A stretch of 41,716 nt of DNA from contig JALNLM010000012.1 of assembly GCA_023254095.1 (NCBI GenBank), positions 1 through 41,716 on the forward strand, written 5' to 3'. Origin of the DNA: Candidatus Geocrenenecus huangii (lineage in GTDB: Archaea; Thermoproteota; Nitrososphaeria_A; Caldarchaeales; Wolframiiraptoraceae). This document shows positions 17,353-27,605 of this stretch, one piece after another (the stretch's first letter is position 1; the number at the start of each line of letters is the position of its first letter). The notes under the pieces were generated by a model. That model ran no database searches. It was not told the DNA's origin and saw only the letters and a program-made list of their open reading frames with translations. The translations under genes and the position numbers were made by a program.

Positions 17353-18180
17353 TTAAATGAACGCAAACCTTTTCATGAATTCTAGCCTAGAGTATGCTTC
17401 TTGCTTCTCCTCGATTAATCTTTTGAGTACTGTATAATCTTCTCTTGATATTGTTCGAGCTATTTTACTGAACTCCCTTAATAGTTTGGATGACAGTTGC
17501 TTGGTGCCATCGTTGTAGTATAGTATGGATGTAAAGGTATCTAGGCTTTCGGTCAGCGTAGCATTCAGCATCTTGCACATGTGTTTAAAGCTTGTTCCTG
17601 CTAGTTTTTCCAGCATCTCCATGTCTCCAATCTCCCCGATTATATCCACTACCACTATTGAGAGGAGGTGGGTTAGAGACAATATGTAGGTCATTAGTTT
17701 ATCATGTTCGTTGATATCTACTTCGATTATCTTCACTTCGGGAAAAAGCCTTTCCACGATCCTTCTCTCCTCAAGACTATCTCTCACAGGTATTAGTGCG
17801 ATCCTCTCGTTCCCTAGGTGTTGAGCCGCCGGACCGAATAAGGGATGTATGCAGACCGGCTTCAAGTCTTCTCTAAGATTCTTCATAATATCGTAGACGG
17901 GCTTCTTTATAGATGAAACATCTACTATCACCCCTCGGGTCATCTGCTTCGAGACTTCTATTATTACTCTGCCTGCAACGTTTACCGGAATGGAGACTAC
18001 TACCACGTCTACGCTTTCTACGGCTTCTTCAAGGGTTCTACACCTAATCACGTTAGGAGATTCAAGGTTCTCGAGTCTTCCATAATCTACATCGTATGCC
18101 TTAATTCTGAAATCTTGTTTAATAAATTGTTCTATGAGCCATCTACCAAATGCACCTAAACCGATGACGGCTATATCCAT
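17353..18180 (-). CDS. tyrA: Prephenate/arogenate dehydrogenase
   Basis: GLGAFG, DVSSIK, HPLFGP, EHD..M..LTH, GTSF. Confidence 0.9.
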   Translation of the reverse strand: MDIAVIGLGAFGRWLIEQFIKQDFRIKAYDVDYGRLENLESPNVIRCRTLEEAVESVDVVVVSIPVNVAGRVIIEVSKQMTRGVIVDVSSIKKPVYDIMKNLREDLKPVCIHPLFGPAAQHLGNERIALIPVRDSLEERRIVERLFPEVKIIEVDINEHDKLMTYILSLTHLLSIVVVDIIGEIGDMEMLEKLAGTSFKHMCKMLNATLTESLDTFTSILYYNDGTKQLSSKLLREFSKIARTISREDYTVLKRLIEEKQEAYSRLEFMKRFAFI

Positions 18181-18383
18181 AACTTAATCCAGCATAGACT
18201 ACGAAATAAGGAATTATATAGATTCTCAGCAAGACTTAGATACTAAGGCTTGAAAGAGATTCTTAACGATTAGACGATTCTGTCGAGAAGCTAGCTATTA
18301 GAAGCTCATCTCAGACTTTTAAAGTGCTATGTCTCCTCGACTAGTAGTTCCTCTCCCTTCTTCTCACCTTTAAGACAACTCTC

Positions 18384-19277
18384 CTACACTTTTACACCGT
18401 ATGCTGGATCTCCTTTAATTTTCTCAAATTCTTCTATCAATCTCCTAGTTACTGGTCCAAGTTTACCGTCTCCTATCTTTCTTCTATTTACCTCTACTAC
18501 TGGAACTATCTCTGCCGCTGTACCTGTCAAGAATACCTCGTCGGCGGTTAACAGCTCATGAGGTGTTATATCTCTTTCTTCTACACTGTATCCAATTTTT
18601 TTAGCCAGCTCTATGACTGTGGCCCTAGTAATCCCGGGAAGTATTCCAGCCGTTTGAGGTGGTGTAGCTATAACGTCGCTCTTTACGATGAAGAGGTTGG
18701 CAGCACTCGCCTCCGATACGAATCCCCTTTCATCCAGCAGGATCGCATCATCTACTCCAGCATTTATAGCATCTACCTTTGCAAGAATACTGTTGAGATA
18801 GTTTAACGTTTTCGCTTGATGGGTTGTAGCATCGACTCTATCTCTCCTAACCGATGAGATTACCAGTCTCACACCTTTCTCTTTCACCTCTTTTCCAAGC
18901 AGAGGCTCCATAGGCTGAGCGATAACGATTATAGAAGGCTTACTACATTTCCGAGGATCCAGGCCAAGGTCTCCTACGCCTCTCGTGACCACTAATCTAA
19001 TATATGCATCTTTAAGCTTGTTTTTTCTAAGAGTCTCTAAGACTACGTTTACCATCTCTTGCTTGGTTATAGGTATGTCGAGCATTATCGTCTTCGCCGA
19101 GTCGTATAATCTGTCTATATGTTCTATAAGCCTGAAGACCACACCATTATAGCTCCTTATACCTTCGAAGACTCCGTCGCCGTAGAGTAAACCGTGGTCA
19201 AAGACCGAAACCTTCGCTTGAGATCTTGGAACAAACTCTCCATCAATATAAACTAACAATTCACCACTAGACATCAA
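18384..19277 (-). CDS. ilvE: Branched-chain amino acid aminotransferase
   Basis: [38 protein letters not shown]. Confidence 0.96.
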   Translation of the reverse strand: MMSSGELLVYIDGEFVPRSQAKVSVFDHGLLYGDGVFEGIRSYNGVVFRLIEHIDRLYDSAKTIMLDIPITKQEMVNVVLETLRKNKLKDAYIRLVVTRGVGDLGLDPRKCSKPSIIVIAQPMEPLLGKEVKEKGVRLVISSVRRDRVDATTHQAKTLNYLNSILAKVDAINAGVDDAILLDERGFVSEASAANLFIVKSDVIATPPQTAGILPGITRATVIELAKKIGYSVEERDITPHELLTADEVFLTGTAAEIVPVVEVNRRKIGDGKLGPVTRRLIEEFEKIKGDPAYGVKV

Positions 19278-19410
19278 CCTAATTCTAAAGTAACGAGCTT
19301 TTTAAGGATTGAGCTGACCAATCTTTTCAAAAAGCCATGGACGTCAAGTCTATAATGTGTACTTTAATCATGGAGAAGCTTAATAACAACCATGGAGAAC
19401 GTATTATCGG

Positions 19411-19743
19411 ATGGGCAAAAGAAAGATCGTTTCAGAGCCTGATGAGCTTGAACAGATGATGGAACCTGGACCTGGAGATGTCTACGGAGTGGTAGTGAAA
19501 TTGTATGGATACGATAGAGTATTGGTTGAATGTAGTGATGGTAAAACTAGGCTTTGTAGAATTAGAGGTCAGCTTAAACGAAGGATATGGATTAAGGAGG
19601 GGGACCTCGTACTAGTTAGCCCATGGGATTTCCAGAGTGATAAACGTGGAGATATATGGTGGAGGTTTACTAAAGGTCAAGCCTTGAAGCTTGCGGAGCA
19701 GGGGGTTCTACCGGACTTTCTTAAAGCCAAGGTCTCAGAGTAG
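19411..19743 (+). CDS. eif1a: Translation initiation factor aIF-1A
   Basis: CSDGKTRLCRIRG, IWIKEGDLVLVSPWDFQ. Confidence 0.96.
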   Translation: MGKRKIVSEPDELEQMMEPGPGDVYGVVVKLYGYDRVLVECSDGKTRLCRIRGQLKRRIWIKEGDLVLVSPWDFQSDKRGDIWWRFTKGQALKLAEQGVLPDFLKAKVSE

Positions 19744-19763
19744 TCCAGCACTCTTTTGAAGCA

Positions 19764-20330
19764 TCATCTTCTAACAATCCGTGTCTTTCTCATTCTTGCA
19801 TAGTTATTTAAGAATTTGTAGACTGAGGAATGCGGCGCACCGTTTATAATGGAGATTACAGCTTCTTCCGCAGTTCTCACATCTTCTTCATCTTCACCGA
19901 TTATCGCTACGGTATCCCCATATATTGAGAGATATGTATCGGTAGTTTCTTCTATTATCCTCCTAGTTTTTCCTTCTTGACCTATCAGTCTCGCTTTAAC
20001 TCTTACTAGATTATTTCTAGTCCGTTTAACGAAGTCATCTATGTTTATTATGCTTAGGATAGCGTTTTCGGAAAATAGTCTGAAGGCTCTCTCGGGAGAA
20101 AATCCTCGGCCGATTGCTTCAACTATGTCCCTGGCTTTAAACAGGGACAATGGGTCGCCCCCCTCATTTAATGGTTTAGCCAACTCTATCCTGACGCTTC
20201 CAGATTGACTATCTACCTCGAGTTTTACATTAAGCCTTTCCTCGATACTCTTCTTGACTACACCTCCTTTACCAATCAAGACACCAATCCTCTCAACTGG
20301 AATATTTACAATAAAGTAGTTTGTCTCCAT
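19764..20330 (-). CDS. KH-domain pre-rRNA processing protein (aDim2/Pno1-like)
   Basis: IGVLIGKGG, AIGRGFSPE, RLIGQEGKTR, GAPH; follows rio1. Confidence 0.92.
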   Translation of the reverse strand: METNYFIVNIPVERIGVLIGKGGVVKKSIEERLNVKLEVDSQSGSVRIELAKPLNEGGDPLSLFKARDIVEAIGRGFSPERAFRLFSENAILSIINIDDFVKRTRNNLVRVKARLIGQEGKTRRIIEETTDTYLSIYGDTVAIIGEDEEDVRTAEEAVISIINGAPHSSVYKFLNNYARMRKTRIVRR

Positions 20331-20346
20331 CTTCCATCATCCCCGC

Positions 20347-21162
20347 TTACTCTTCACCTAAATCATATAATGGTGGATGACCAGTAATCTTCTCAAATAA
20401 TATTTTATAATCTTCAACTTCTAAATCATTCTTCTTGAAATATTTAACAATATTCTTTAAGTCTCTTAAGAAAAGCTGCTCGGCTTGAGGCTGCTCTATG
20501 CGTACCGCCTGTGATAAGTCTATGAAAGCTATACGGTTCTCAGGTATTAGGAAGATATTGTATTCGCTTAAGTCTCCGTGGATCAGTTTCGCTTCATGAT
20601 ACAGCTTTTGTACCGCTTCGATAACTTGCGGGTAGATTTCTTCCAGTACTTCTTTCTCAATTTTAACTTCCGCCAAGGTAGGATATCTTTCCCCATCTTC
20701 TCCCATGAAGCTCATTCCTAGAACGTTGTTCTTAACGAATAATGGCTTAGGTACGGGTACCCCTACATTATAAGCTGCTTCGAGATTACTGTATTCTCTT
20801 CTAGCCCACAGATATATGAATTTCCTGAAATCGCTGGGTATACGATTGAATCTAGGGTCACCTGAGACATATATTACTCTATTCTTTTTAAACTCTGCAC
20901 TAATCACCAAATATATTTTTACAGCCAAATAGTTTAGATTTGAATCTCTCGCAAGATAGATTCTAGATTCCTTGCCTGCGCTAACCACTCCGTAAAATTC
21001 CTTGATCAAGCCCTTCTTCATCAAGTCGTAGATCGTCATCAACGTAGTTTGGTCGAAGACCTCTTCGAGGACTTCGTCTAACTCAGACCTTTTCTTCAAG
21101 TATCTCTGTTCTCTATCATATTTGTAGAGCCTCCTCCATATTTTTTTCTCTACTTTGCTCAA
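20347..21162 (-). CDS. rio1: RIO1-family serine/threonine kinase
   Basis: SAGKES, AVKIY, WARREY, HGDLSEYN, IDLSQAV. Confidence 0.95.
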   Translation of the reverse strand: MSKVEKKIWRRLYKYDREQRYLKKRSELDEVLEEVFDQTTLMTIYDLMKKGLIKEFYGVVSAGKESRIYLARDSNLNYLAVKIYLVISAEFKKNRVIYVSGDPRFNRIPSDFRKFIYLWARREYSNLEAAYNVGVPVPKPLFVKNNVLGMSFMGEDGERYPTLAEVKIEKEVLEEIYPQVIEAVQKLYHEAKLIHGDLSEYNIFLIPENRIAFIDLSQAVRIEQPQAEQLFLRDLKNIVKYFKKNDLEVEDYKILFEKITGHPPLYDLGEE

Positions 21163-21344
21163 TTCTTCTTCTCCGTAACAATGTCTTCAATGTTATGTAA
21201 AAAACGTTATCTTGACGGCTCAGGCCATATTTTCTTGGATGGATAACCATAAATATACTCGTGTCCTCAAATACTCCACAACAGATTAAACATGTACCCG
21301 ATATACAGTGAATATTTTTACTATAGAGTTTACGTATCTAGATT

Positions 21345-22559
21345 GTGAGTAGAATGGTTGTAGAGAGTTTCTCTATTCCAAGCCGCATAGTCAATCTAAG
21401 AGCTGAGGCAGCCTTCACGGTTCTCGAGAAGGCTAAACTTGCAGAGAGAAAAGGCATCGACGTAGTTCACTTAGAGATCGGTGAGCCTGATTTCGATACT
21501 CCTCACCATATAAAAGAAGCCGCGATAGAAGCATTAAGGAGAAACGAAACACATTATACTCCTACTCCTGGAATGCCTGAGCTTAGAGAAGCTGTTGCCG
21601 AGTATCTTAGAGAAGTTTACGGCGTAGATTTTGACTGGAAGGATAACATAGCTATCACTGTTGGAGCTAAACAAGCTGTCTTCGCAGTAATGCTTTCTAT
21701 TCTAGAAGAGGGGGATGAAGTAATATATCCTGAGCCAGGATATCCAGCGTATAGTTCTGCTGCAGCTTATGCTGGCGCTAGAACAATACCTTACAGGCTG
21801 ACGATAGATAATGGATTCTCCATGAAGGCTGAGAAACTCTCGGAGATGATAACGCCTAAAACTAAGATTATCGTATTGAATTCACCTAACAATCCATGTG
21901 GATCTGTTATGCCGAGCCAGGATGTCAAAGAAATTGTTGAGCTCGCCGAAGACCATAAACTCTACATCCTCTCTGATGAAATATACCGGCCGATAATCTT
22001 CGATGACCTACAACATTATTCTCCACTGAATTACGCATCCCACACCGATAGAGTTATACTTGTAGACGGCTTCTCGAAGAGATACGCTATGACGGGCTGG
22101 AGGCTTGGATATGTCGCTATCTCTAAAGAGATCTATCCATACCTCGTCAAAGTACTGAATATTATGACCTCGTGCCCAGTATCTTTCGCTCAGCGTGCTG
22201 CAGTAGCTGCTCTCCGTGGCCCCCAAGAACCTGTATATGATATGGTTAGAGAGTACGAGAAGAGACGTGATGTCGTCGTTGAAGAATTATCTAAGATACA
22301 AGGTTTAAGATTTATCAAGCCTACTGGAGCATTCTACGCATTTGTAGATGTTTCACATATATTGGGGAAGATCGGTAAGAACTCTGAAGAGTTTGTACTA
22401 GACTTAATTGAAAATTACGGTGTAGCTTTCCTGCATGGTACAGCTATGGGAGATTATGGTGAGGGATATATTAGGATAAGCTTCGCCAACTCGGTGGATA
22501 ATATCCGGAGAGGCATCAGGAGACTGAAGCAAGCAGTAGAAGAGATCATGGGAGAATAG
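21345..22559 (+). CDS. Class I PLP aminotransferase (aspartate aminotransferase-like)
   Basis: GEPDF, NSPNNP, SDEIY, GFSKRYAMTGWRLG. Confidence 0.93.
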   Translation: MSRMVVESFSIPSRIVNLRAEAAFTVLEKAKLAERKGIDVVHLEIGEPDFDTPHHIKEAAIEALRRNETHYTPTPGMPELREAVAEYLREVYGVDFDWKDNIAITVGAKQAVFAVMLSILEEGDEVIYPEPGYPAYSSAAAYAGARTIPYRLTIDNGFSMKAEKLSEMITPKTKIIVLNSPNNPCGSVMPSQDVKEIVELAEDHKLYILSDEIYRPIIFDDLQHYSPLNYASHTDRVILVDGFSKRYAMTGWRLGYVAISKEIYPYLVKVLNIMTSCPVSFAQRAAVAALRGPQEPVYDMVREYEKRRDVVVEELSKIQGLRFIKPTGAFYAFVDVSHILGKIGKNSEEFVLDLIENYGVAFLHGTAMGDYGEGYIRISFANSVDNIRRGIRRLKQAVEEIMGE

Positions 22560-23247
22560 CTTCATAAAGGATTACCCTCCAGCAAGGTCTCCAAAACTTA
22601 TCATAAAAATAATCGGCGTGCTCGAGTCTATCAATATATTCTTTTATCTTTATTAGCTTATCCCCGAAAGGCCTCCAGCCGTATCCCAAAACCTTAATTT
22701 TAAAACCTAGCGAAGTGAGCAGTCTCCAAGTCTTATCAATCCCTACCAACGAGATAGTTGGGATAATCAATCTACCATTCTTCCTTAGATGCTTAGACGC
22801 ATCGAGGATTACTCTGTCTAGCATCATTCTACCATCTGCTCCACCCCAAGTATATCTTGGGAAAGGTCGGACGGATGGAGTCATAGGCGGATTCGAGATT
22901 ATTACATCGAACTTCTCATTCTCCACAGATTGATATATACTCCCATACCTAAGCTCGACATTCTCTACATTATTCATCTTGAGATTAATAGAAGCATTAT
23001 CTAAAGCTCTTCTAGAAATGTCCGTAGCGATGATTCTGCATGCTCCAAGCTTTGAGGCTACGATGGCCAGTATGCCTGAACCCGTGCCGAGATCTAGGAC
23101 GTCTAGACAATCTAGGCTTGGAAGATTCTTAGCTATCAACCTAGTAGTAAATGATGGGGGGTAAACCTTGGAATCTACCAGTAGCTTAATGGTCAATCCC
23201 CTTATAGATATAGTCCTAACCCTGCTCAACGTTATTAACTGGTTCAC
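22546..23247 (-). CDS. HemK-related class I SAM methyltransferase
   Basis: VYPP, DLGTGSG, SNPP, GGADG. Confidence 0.85.
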   Translation of the reverse strand: MNQLITLSRVRTISIRGLTIKLLVDSKVYPPSFTTRLIAKNLPSLDCLDVLDLGTGSGILAIVASKLGACRIIATDISRRALDNASINLKMNNVENVELRYGSIYQSVENEKFDVIISNPPMTPSVRPFPRYTWGGADGRMMLDRVILDASKHLRKNGRLIIPTISLVGIDKTWRLLTSLGFKIKVLGYGWRPFGDKLIKIKEYIDRLEHADYFYDKFWRPCWRVILYEAILP

Positions 23248-23288
23248 GGGTTAGATATTTAGATGTAGAATCTATGGTGAAAAGATAG

Positions 23289-24242
23289 TTGGAGATCCTT
23301 GAAGGCTATTATGTGAGGGTTTGTGGAGACATATACGCTGTTAAAGGCGTACTGCATCCTCCTAGAAAAGTAGTCGCTATCCCCACCTACGTAAGAAAAG
23401 AGAATGGGAGATACCATAGGATTAGAAATTTAAAAGAAGCATTCAGCTACATAGAGGAGAAAAAACCAAGTTACTTAGAGTATCTCGATTTCACTGGACA
23501 GAAGACACCCCTTATCCCGCTAAACGACGTTGACGAAGTATATGATCCTGTAAAGTTCGATCGGGCGGATACAGAAGCTAGTAGGGATGCTCTAATGTTG
23601 AAAGAGATCTTAACGTCATCGTCGTCAAAGATAAAGATCGGGATAACAGGCTCGATCCTACTAGGGCTCGATGAGCCTAGCTCAGACATAGACTTAGTAG
23701 TTTACGGGGTAAATTCAGGCGAAAGATTCATCAATATCCTCAAAGACCTAAGAATAAATAATGTAGTTAAGCCTGTAAACACTATAGATTGGCTTACTGA
23801 AACACGAAGAGATTCAAATATCTCTCCCGAGGATTGGCTAAGACTGGAGTCTAGAAAACTCTTAACAGGAGTATTCAATAATAGGCTATATACCTCTAAG
23901 ATTGTCCCTTTTCCACGCGAGTATTGGGAGGACCTATCCCAGAGAGTAAGAGAAATAGGTAGAGCAAGGATGTTGTGTAGAGTGGTTGATTCAAGGTTCG
24001 GTAAGACAACTCCAAACCTCTATCTGGTCGAAGTATTAAAGATAATGTACGGAGACGGGAAAGCTCGAGATGTTTCACAAGTAATGTCTATGAGGAGCAG
24101 ATTCGCAGAAATAGCATCCAATGGGGACATAGTGGAGGTAGAGGGAAGACTTGAAGAAGTATGCTGCCGAGACAAGAAAATCTATAGGATATTCCTAGGA
24201 AACGATGAAAGAGATAAGTTTTTGCCAGTATATAGATATTAA
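23289..24242 (+). CDS. Predicted nucleotidyltransferase (COG1665-like), copy 1
   Basis: Pol-beta-superfamily motif GITGSILLG..SDIDLVVYG; N-terminal GxxHPP; C-terminal OB-like region. Confidence 0.75.
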   Translation: MEILEGYYVRVCGDIYAVKGVLHPPRKVVAIPTYVRKENGRYHRIRNLKEAFSYIEEKKPSYLEYLDFTGQKTPLIPLNDVDEVYDPVKFDRADTEASRDALMLKEILTSSSSKIKIGITGSILLGLDEPSSDIDLVVYGVNSGERFINILKDLRINNVVKPVNTIDWLTETRRDSNISPEDWLRLESRKLLTGVFNNRLYTSKIVPFPREYWEDLSQRVREIGRARMLCRVVDSRFGKTTPNLYLVEVLKIMYGDGKARDVSQVMSMRSRFAEIASNGDIVEVEGRLEEVCCRDKKIYRIFLGNDERDKFLPVYRY

Positions 24243-24305
24243 CATACCTAGAATATTCTTTTGAAAAATGTCTAGGATCAGACCATAAACAATACATTCT
24301 CATAA

Positions 24306-24364
24306 TCAGCTCGGGTATCATTCTTCATCTCGGGAAGATCAGATTTACCCGCTCACATCATCAG
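24306..24364 (-). ncRNA. Candidate C/D-box sRNA
   Basis: Minus strand: CTGATGA (C), 15 nt, CTGA (D'), 10 nt, ATGAAGA (C'), 12 nt, CTGA (D); BRE/TATA-like CGAAAAGTCTTTAAC at 24385-24399. Confidence 0.65.
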
Positions 24365-24542
24365 AAATTATTTTTCCTACCCAAGTTAAAGACTTTTCGA
24401 TAAACAATAAAGCTCGAAGTATGCCAAGGTCGGAATCCATATCCAAGGTATTATTGTAAAATATTCCTTTAGACGAGTACTTCAAAATTCATGGTCTATA
24501 TAGCTCTATATTTTAGCTCACACCTAGATTTGTAAAGATCAA

Positions 24543-25550
24543 ATGGGGATTATTAGAGACCATGACTTCCTAGAAGATCTACAAGGCTGGATGTTTTGCG
24601 TAGTTGGAGATATTCATCCTCCCGACGGGTTCTTCGCCTACCCAAAGTATGCTCTAGGCCCAGGGCCATGGAGACGGGGGGAAAGATCGTTCACTAGAAC
24701 CCTCGAGAAATATAGCATGAGTGAGCTAAAGAATCTCCTCGAAAATCTAAAGAGGCTGAGACCGGAATGCGTCAGGCTTGATTATGTACTAGGTGCGGAG
24801 ATGTTCTTCCTTCCTTCAATAAAGATATTAAAGCATTATAGCTGTAATGAGGACTTAAAGAAAATAATAGAGAAAGATGATAGAGACGTTCTCGAGCAAC
24901 TGCTAGTAGACCTTGTTCATGAGTTCTCTGATCTTTCAGGTGTAAGGTTAGAGTACTTCGGGGTAACAGGCTCGATCCTACTAGGTATACATCATGAAAG
25001 ATCGGACATTGACTTAGTAATCTATGGTAAGGAGAACTATTGGAAGGTCATCGAAGCATTAGATGAGATTACTTCTCCTCGTTATGAGCATAGTTTAAAG
25101 AGGTTCAGCACGATATACCCTATCAAAGTAGAGGATGCGAAGAAGCTGGCTAGAAGAGTCAGACATAAAAGAACATACCGAGGAGCAAACTTCTCCATAT
25201 ATGGTGTGAGAAAGCAGGATGAAATAGACGAAAAGTATGGAGACTACATTTATAGAATGATAGGCCTAGCTAAGGCAGAGCTAGAAGTAGTAGATTCATC
25301 TAGGTCATGTTTTACTCCATCAATATACATAGTGGAGGGATATGCGGAAATAGGGGGTGTTAGATATCCTGTAGAAAGATTGACCTGCTACGACCTAACT
25401 TATACAGCGTTACTCCATGAAGGAGACAAGTTAGAGGTCTTTGGAAAACTCGAAGAAGTAATAAATGCAAGAAGCAATAACAGTTTCCATCATGTCTTGA
25501 TCGGATCTTTCGAAGCAGCTGAAAGAGAATACATCAAGCTATTAATTTAA
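24543..25550 (+). CDS. Predicted nucleotidyltransferase (COG1665-like), copy 2
   Basis: RDHDF, GDIHPP, GVTGSILLG..SDIDLVIYG; paralogous to 23289..24242. Confidence 0.78.
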   Translation: MGIIRDHDFLEDLQGWMFCVVGDIHPPDGFFAYPKYALGPGPWRRGERSFTRTLEKYSMSELKNLLENLKRLRPECVRLDYVLGAEMFFLPSIKILKHYSCNEDLKKIIEKDDRDVLEQLLVDLVHEFSDLSGVRLEYFGVTGSILLGIHHERSDIDLVIYGKENYWKVIEALDEITSPRYEHSLKRFSTIYPIKVEDAKKLARRVRHKRTYRGANFSIYGVRKQDEIDEKYGDYIYRMIGLAKAELEVVDSSRSCFTPSIYIVEGYAEIGGVRYPVERLTCYDLTYTALLHEGDKLEVFGKLEEVINARSNNSFHHVLIGSFEAAEREYIKLLI

Positions 25551-25629
25551 ATATTTTCCTCACATATTTTGGAATAAGTAGATAAGTGAAAATTATTTAG
25601 TCAAATGTTGTTTCATGCCTTGATGTAGT

Positions 25630-25851
25630 ATGCCTCGTGTAATCATTCATACGGCTAAGAGACCATTCATCCACACGACCGAGTCGGGTGAAAGAATCAC
25701 GATATGTATGTGCGGTCTAAGCCTAGCTTATCCTTTCTGTGATGGAAGCCATAGAATGACTGGAGACGAAGATGAAAATACAATATATCTATACGATCCT
25801 GAAAGAAGAAGGTTGGCTAGGGTTAACCTAGAAGATCTTAGGAAAGTCTAA
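25630..25851 (+). CDS. CDGSH iron-sulfur domain protein
   Basis: CMCGLS..YPFCDGSH. Confidence 0.92.
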   Translation: MPRVIIHTAKRPFIHTTESGERITICMCGLSLAYPFCDGSHRMTGDEDENTIYLYDPERRRLARVNLEDLRKV

Positions 25852-25884
25852 TGAAGATAAGTTAGTCGAGAAATAGCGGACTCT

Positions 25885-27492
25885 TTATCCACATTCCTTC
25901 TCCATTAATATTTTTTGAATTCCTTTAATTGCTCTAGACTGTATCCAGAAGGGCGTGAGGGGAGAAAGAAGCCTTGTATATTTTGGCTCGGTTGATTCCT
26001 TTAAGTCTTTTGGTTCTCCACCATTCTCGATGTAAGCTTTCGAGAAAGTATATGCGAACTCCTCGACGAAGTTTGATGGAAGATAATGAGAAGTATATAG
26101 TATCAATTCTGTTAAATCCCAAGGCTTTAATCCTTTAAGAGAACATTGCTCAAGATCGGTCAAGTATACTTCTCGATTACTTTTGAATATAAAGCTAAAG
26201 GGGTTGCAATCTCCCATAGTTATATCGTTTAAGTGAAGCTTGGCCATTATTCCGCCAAGCTTATCTGCTACTTCCTGCATCTTGTCCAACCCTTTATTCC
26301 TTATATATTCTATCATGTTTTCTCCTTCGATATATCTCTGGAAGAGGAGTTTATCTTTCCAGTTTATATGGAGTATCTCGGCGGTATTGAAGCCGAGCTC
26401 TGAAAGCTTATTTATGAAGAATACTTCATTACTCATCCTAGTCGAAGCCATAATAGAGAAGTTCTTTACCCCAAGCGCCCAAAGCCATGCTGCAACCCAT
26501 TTAAAATCCGACCAGTTAAGATACTTCTTAACAAATATTTTTTCAAGTTTCCCATCCTTATAAAATTCTACAGTATATGTTGCGTTGAGTATTCCTCCAG
26601 TCCTCTTAACCTTGACTTTCTCCATTTCAACTCCAGACATGTTTTTGACAAATTCTTCAATAGTTAATCTTGTAGGAAATGGCTGTGTTCCGAGGCTAGT
26701 AGTTATATAAAGATAGTCTTCCGGGTCAGGTATCTTAGGTATCGTCAGGGTAGAGGGATCTATGGCTGCGTATCTGATGAAATCTAGGACTGTAGATTGT
26801 TTCGTAGATATGTAGATTCTAAAAACGTGCTCAAGGTCTTCCGATGTATTGATTAATGTCTTCTCCGAAGATACTTTATGTATAAGCTTTTCTGTCGGAG
26901 AATATCCAGTAAAGTTCTTCTTCAAGTATCCATCATAGACTAGGGTATCCAGAATCTTTTTGAGCCTTCCTAACACTATCTCTATACTTTTCCTATCTAG
27001 ACTCTTGATAGAAGCCCTAGATAATGGATAGATCGTGGAAATCCTCTTTAGCTTATCGTAGAGTATGTATTCTGGAGTTACTATAAAGAAGGTCGATGAA
27101 AGCTTGTAGCTTAGTATCAAGTTTCTAAGAGACTCCATAGAAACATGCTTAAGATAGTTCGACTCCATCTCTCCTAAGTACTCTTCACCTACTAAAGGTG
27201 TGTAAGGTATCAGGAGGAGGTGGGCCGCAGCTCCGCCAAGATCTTCATTGATACAATCTTTTCTAAAGAGTTCTTCATCGATGACCGTAACAGATAGTAG
27301 AGTATTATCGAATCTCCTATTCATTATCTTTATTCTCCCATATCCTCTACCCAATACAACTAGAAGTTTAGAGTGCTCTGAAGTCATTCGAGACTCATGT
27401 TGTTTAGGGTTATGTAAGCTGGCCGAGACTATCTGTTCGCTGGGGATGTTGAGTGTTGGGGTAATCTTGTCCAGGCTAATCCTATGAAACAT
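25885..27492 (-). CDS. Two-domain protein: degenerate nucleotidyltransferase-like N-terminus plus atypical (Kdo/InaA/Bud32-like) kinase C-terminus
   Basis: Kinase-like IFVKK, NE, LHxxxxxMGD, LTDLEQ, PWD; the N-terminal assignment is from recalled homologues. Confidence 0.6.
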   Translation of the reverse strand: MFHRISLDKITPTLNIPSEQIVSASLHNPKQHESRMTSEHSKLLVVLGRGYGRIKIMNRRFDNTLLSVTVIDEELFRKDCINEDLGGAAAHLLLIPYTPLVGEEYLGEMESNYLKHVSMESLRNLILSYKLSSTFFIVTPEYILYDKLKRISTIYPLSRASIKSLDRKSIEIVLGRLKKILDTLVYDGYLKKNFTGYSPTEKLIHKVSSEKTLINTSEDLEHVFRIYISTKQSTVLDFIRYAAIDPSTLTIPKIPDPEDYLYITTSLGTQPFPTRLTIEEFVKNMSGVEMEKVKVKRTGGILNATYTVEFYKDGKLEKIFVKKYLNWSDFKWVAAWLWALGVKNFSIMASTRMSNEVFFINKLSELGFNTAEILHINWKDKLLFQRYIEGENMIEYIRNKGLDKMQEVADKLGGIMAKLHLNDITMGDCNPFSFIFKSNREVYLTDLEQCSLKGLKPWDLTELILYTSHYLPSNFVEEFAYTFSKAYIENGGEPKDLKESTEPKYTRLLSPLTPFWIQSRAIKGIQKILMEKECG

Positions 27493-27605
27493 ATCTCCAT
27501 AGAATATATCCTACCTTGACTTAAAAACATTGAATCACAAGACCGCATTAATCCCCACCATTACCTTTGAAATATTTTTATCCTGACACATATCTATCTG
27601 TAGTG

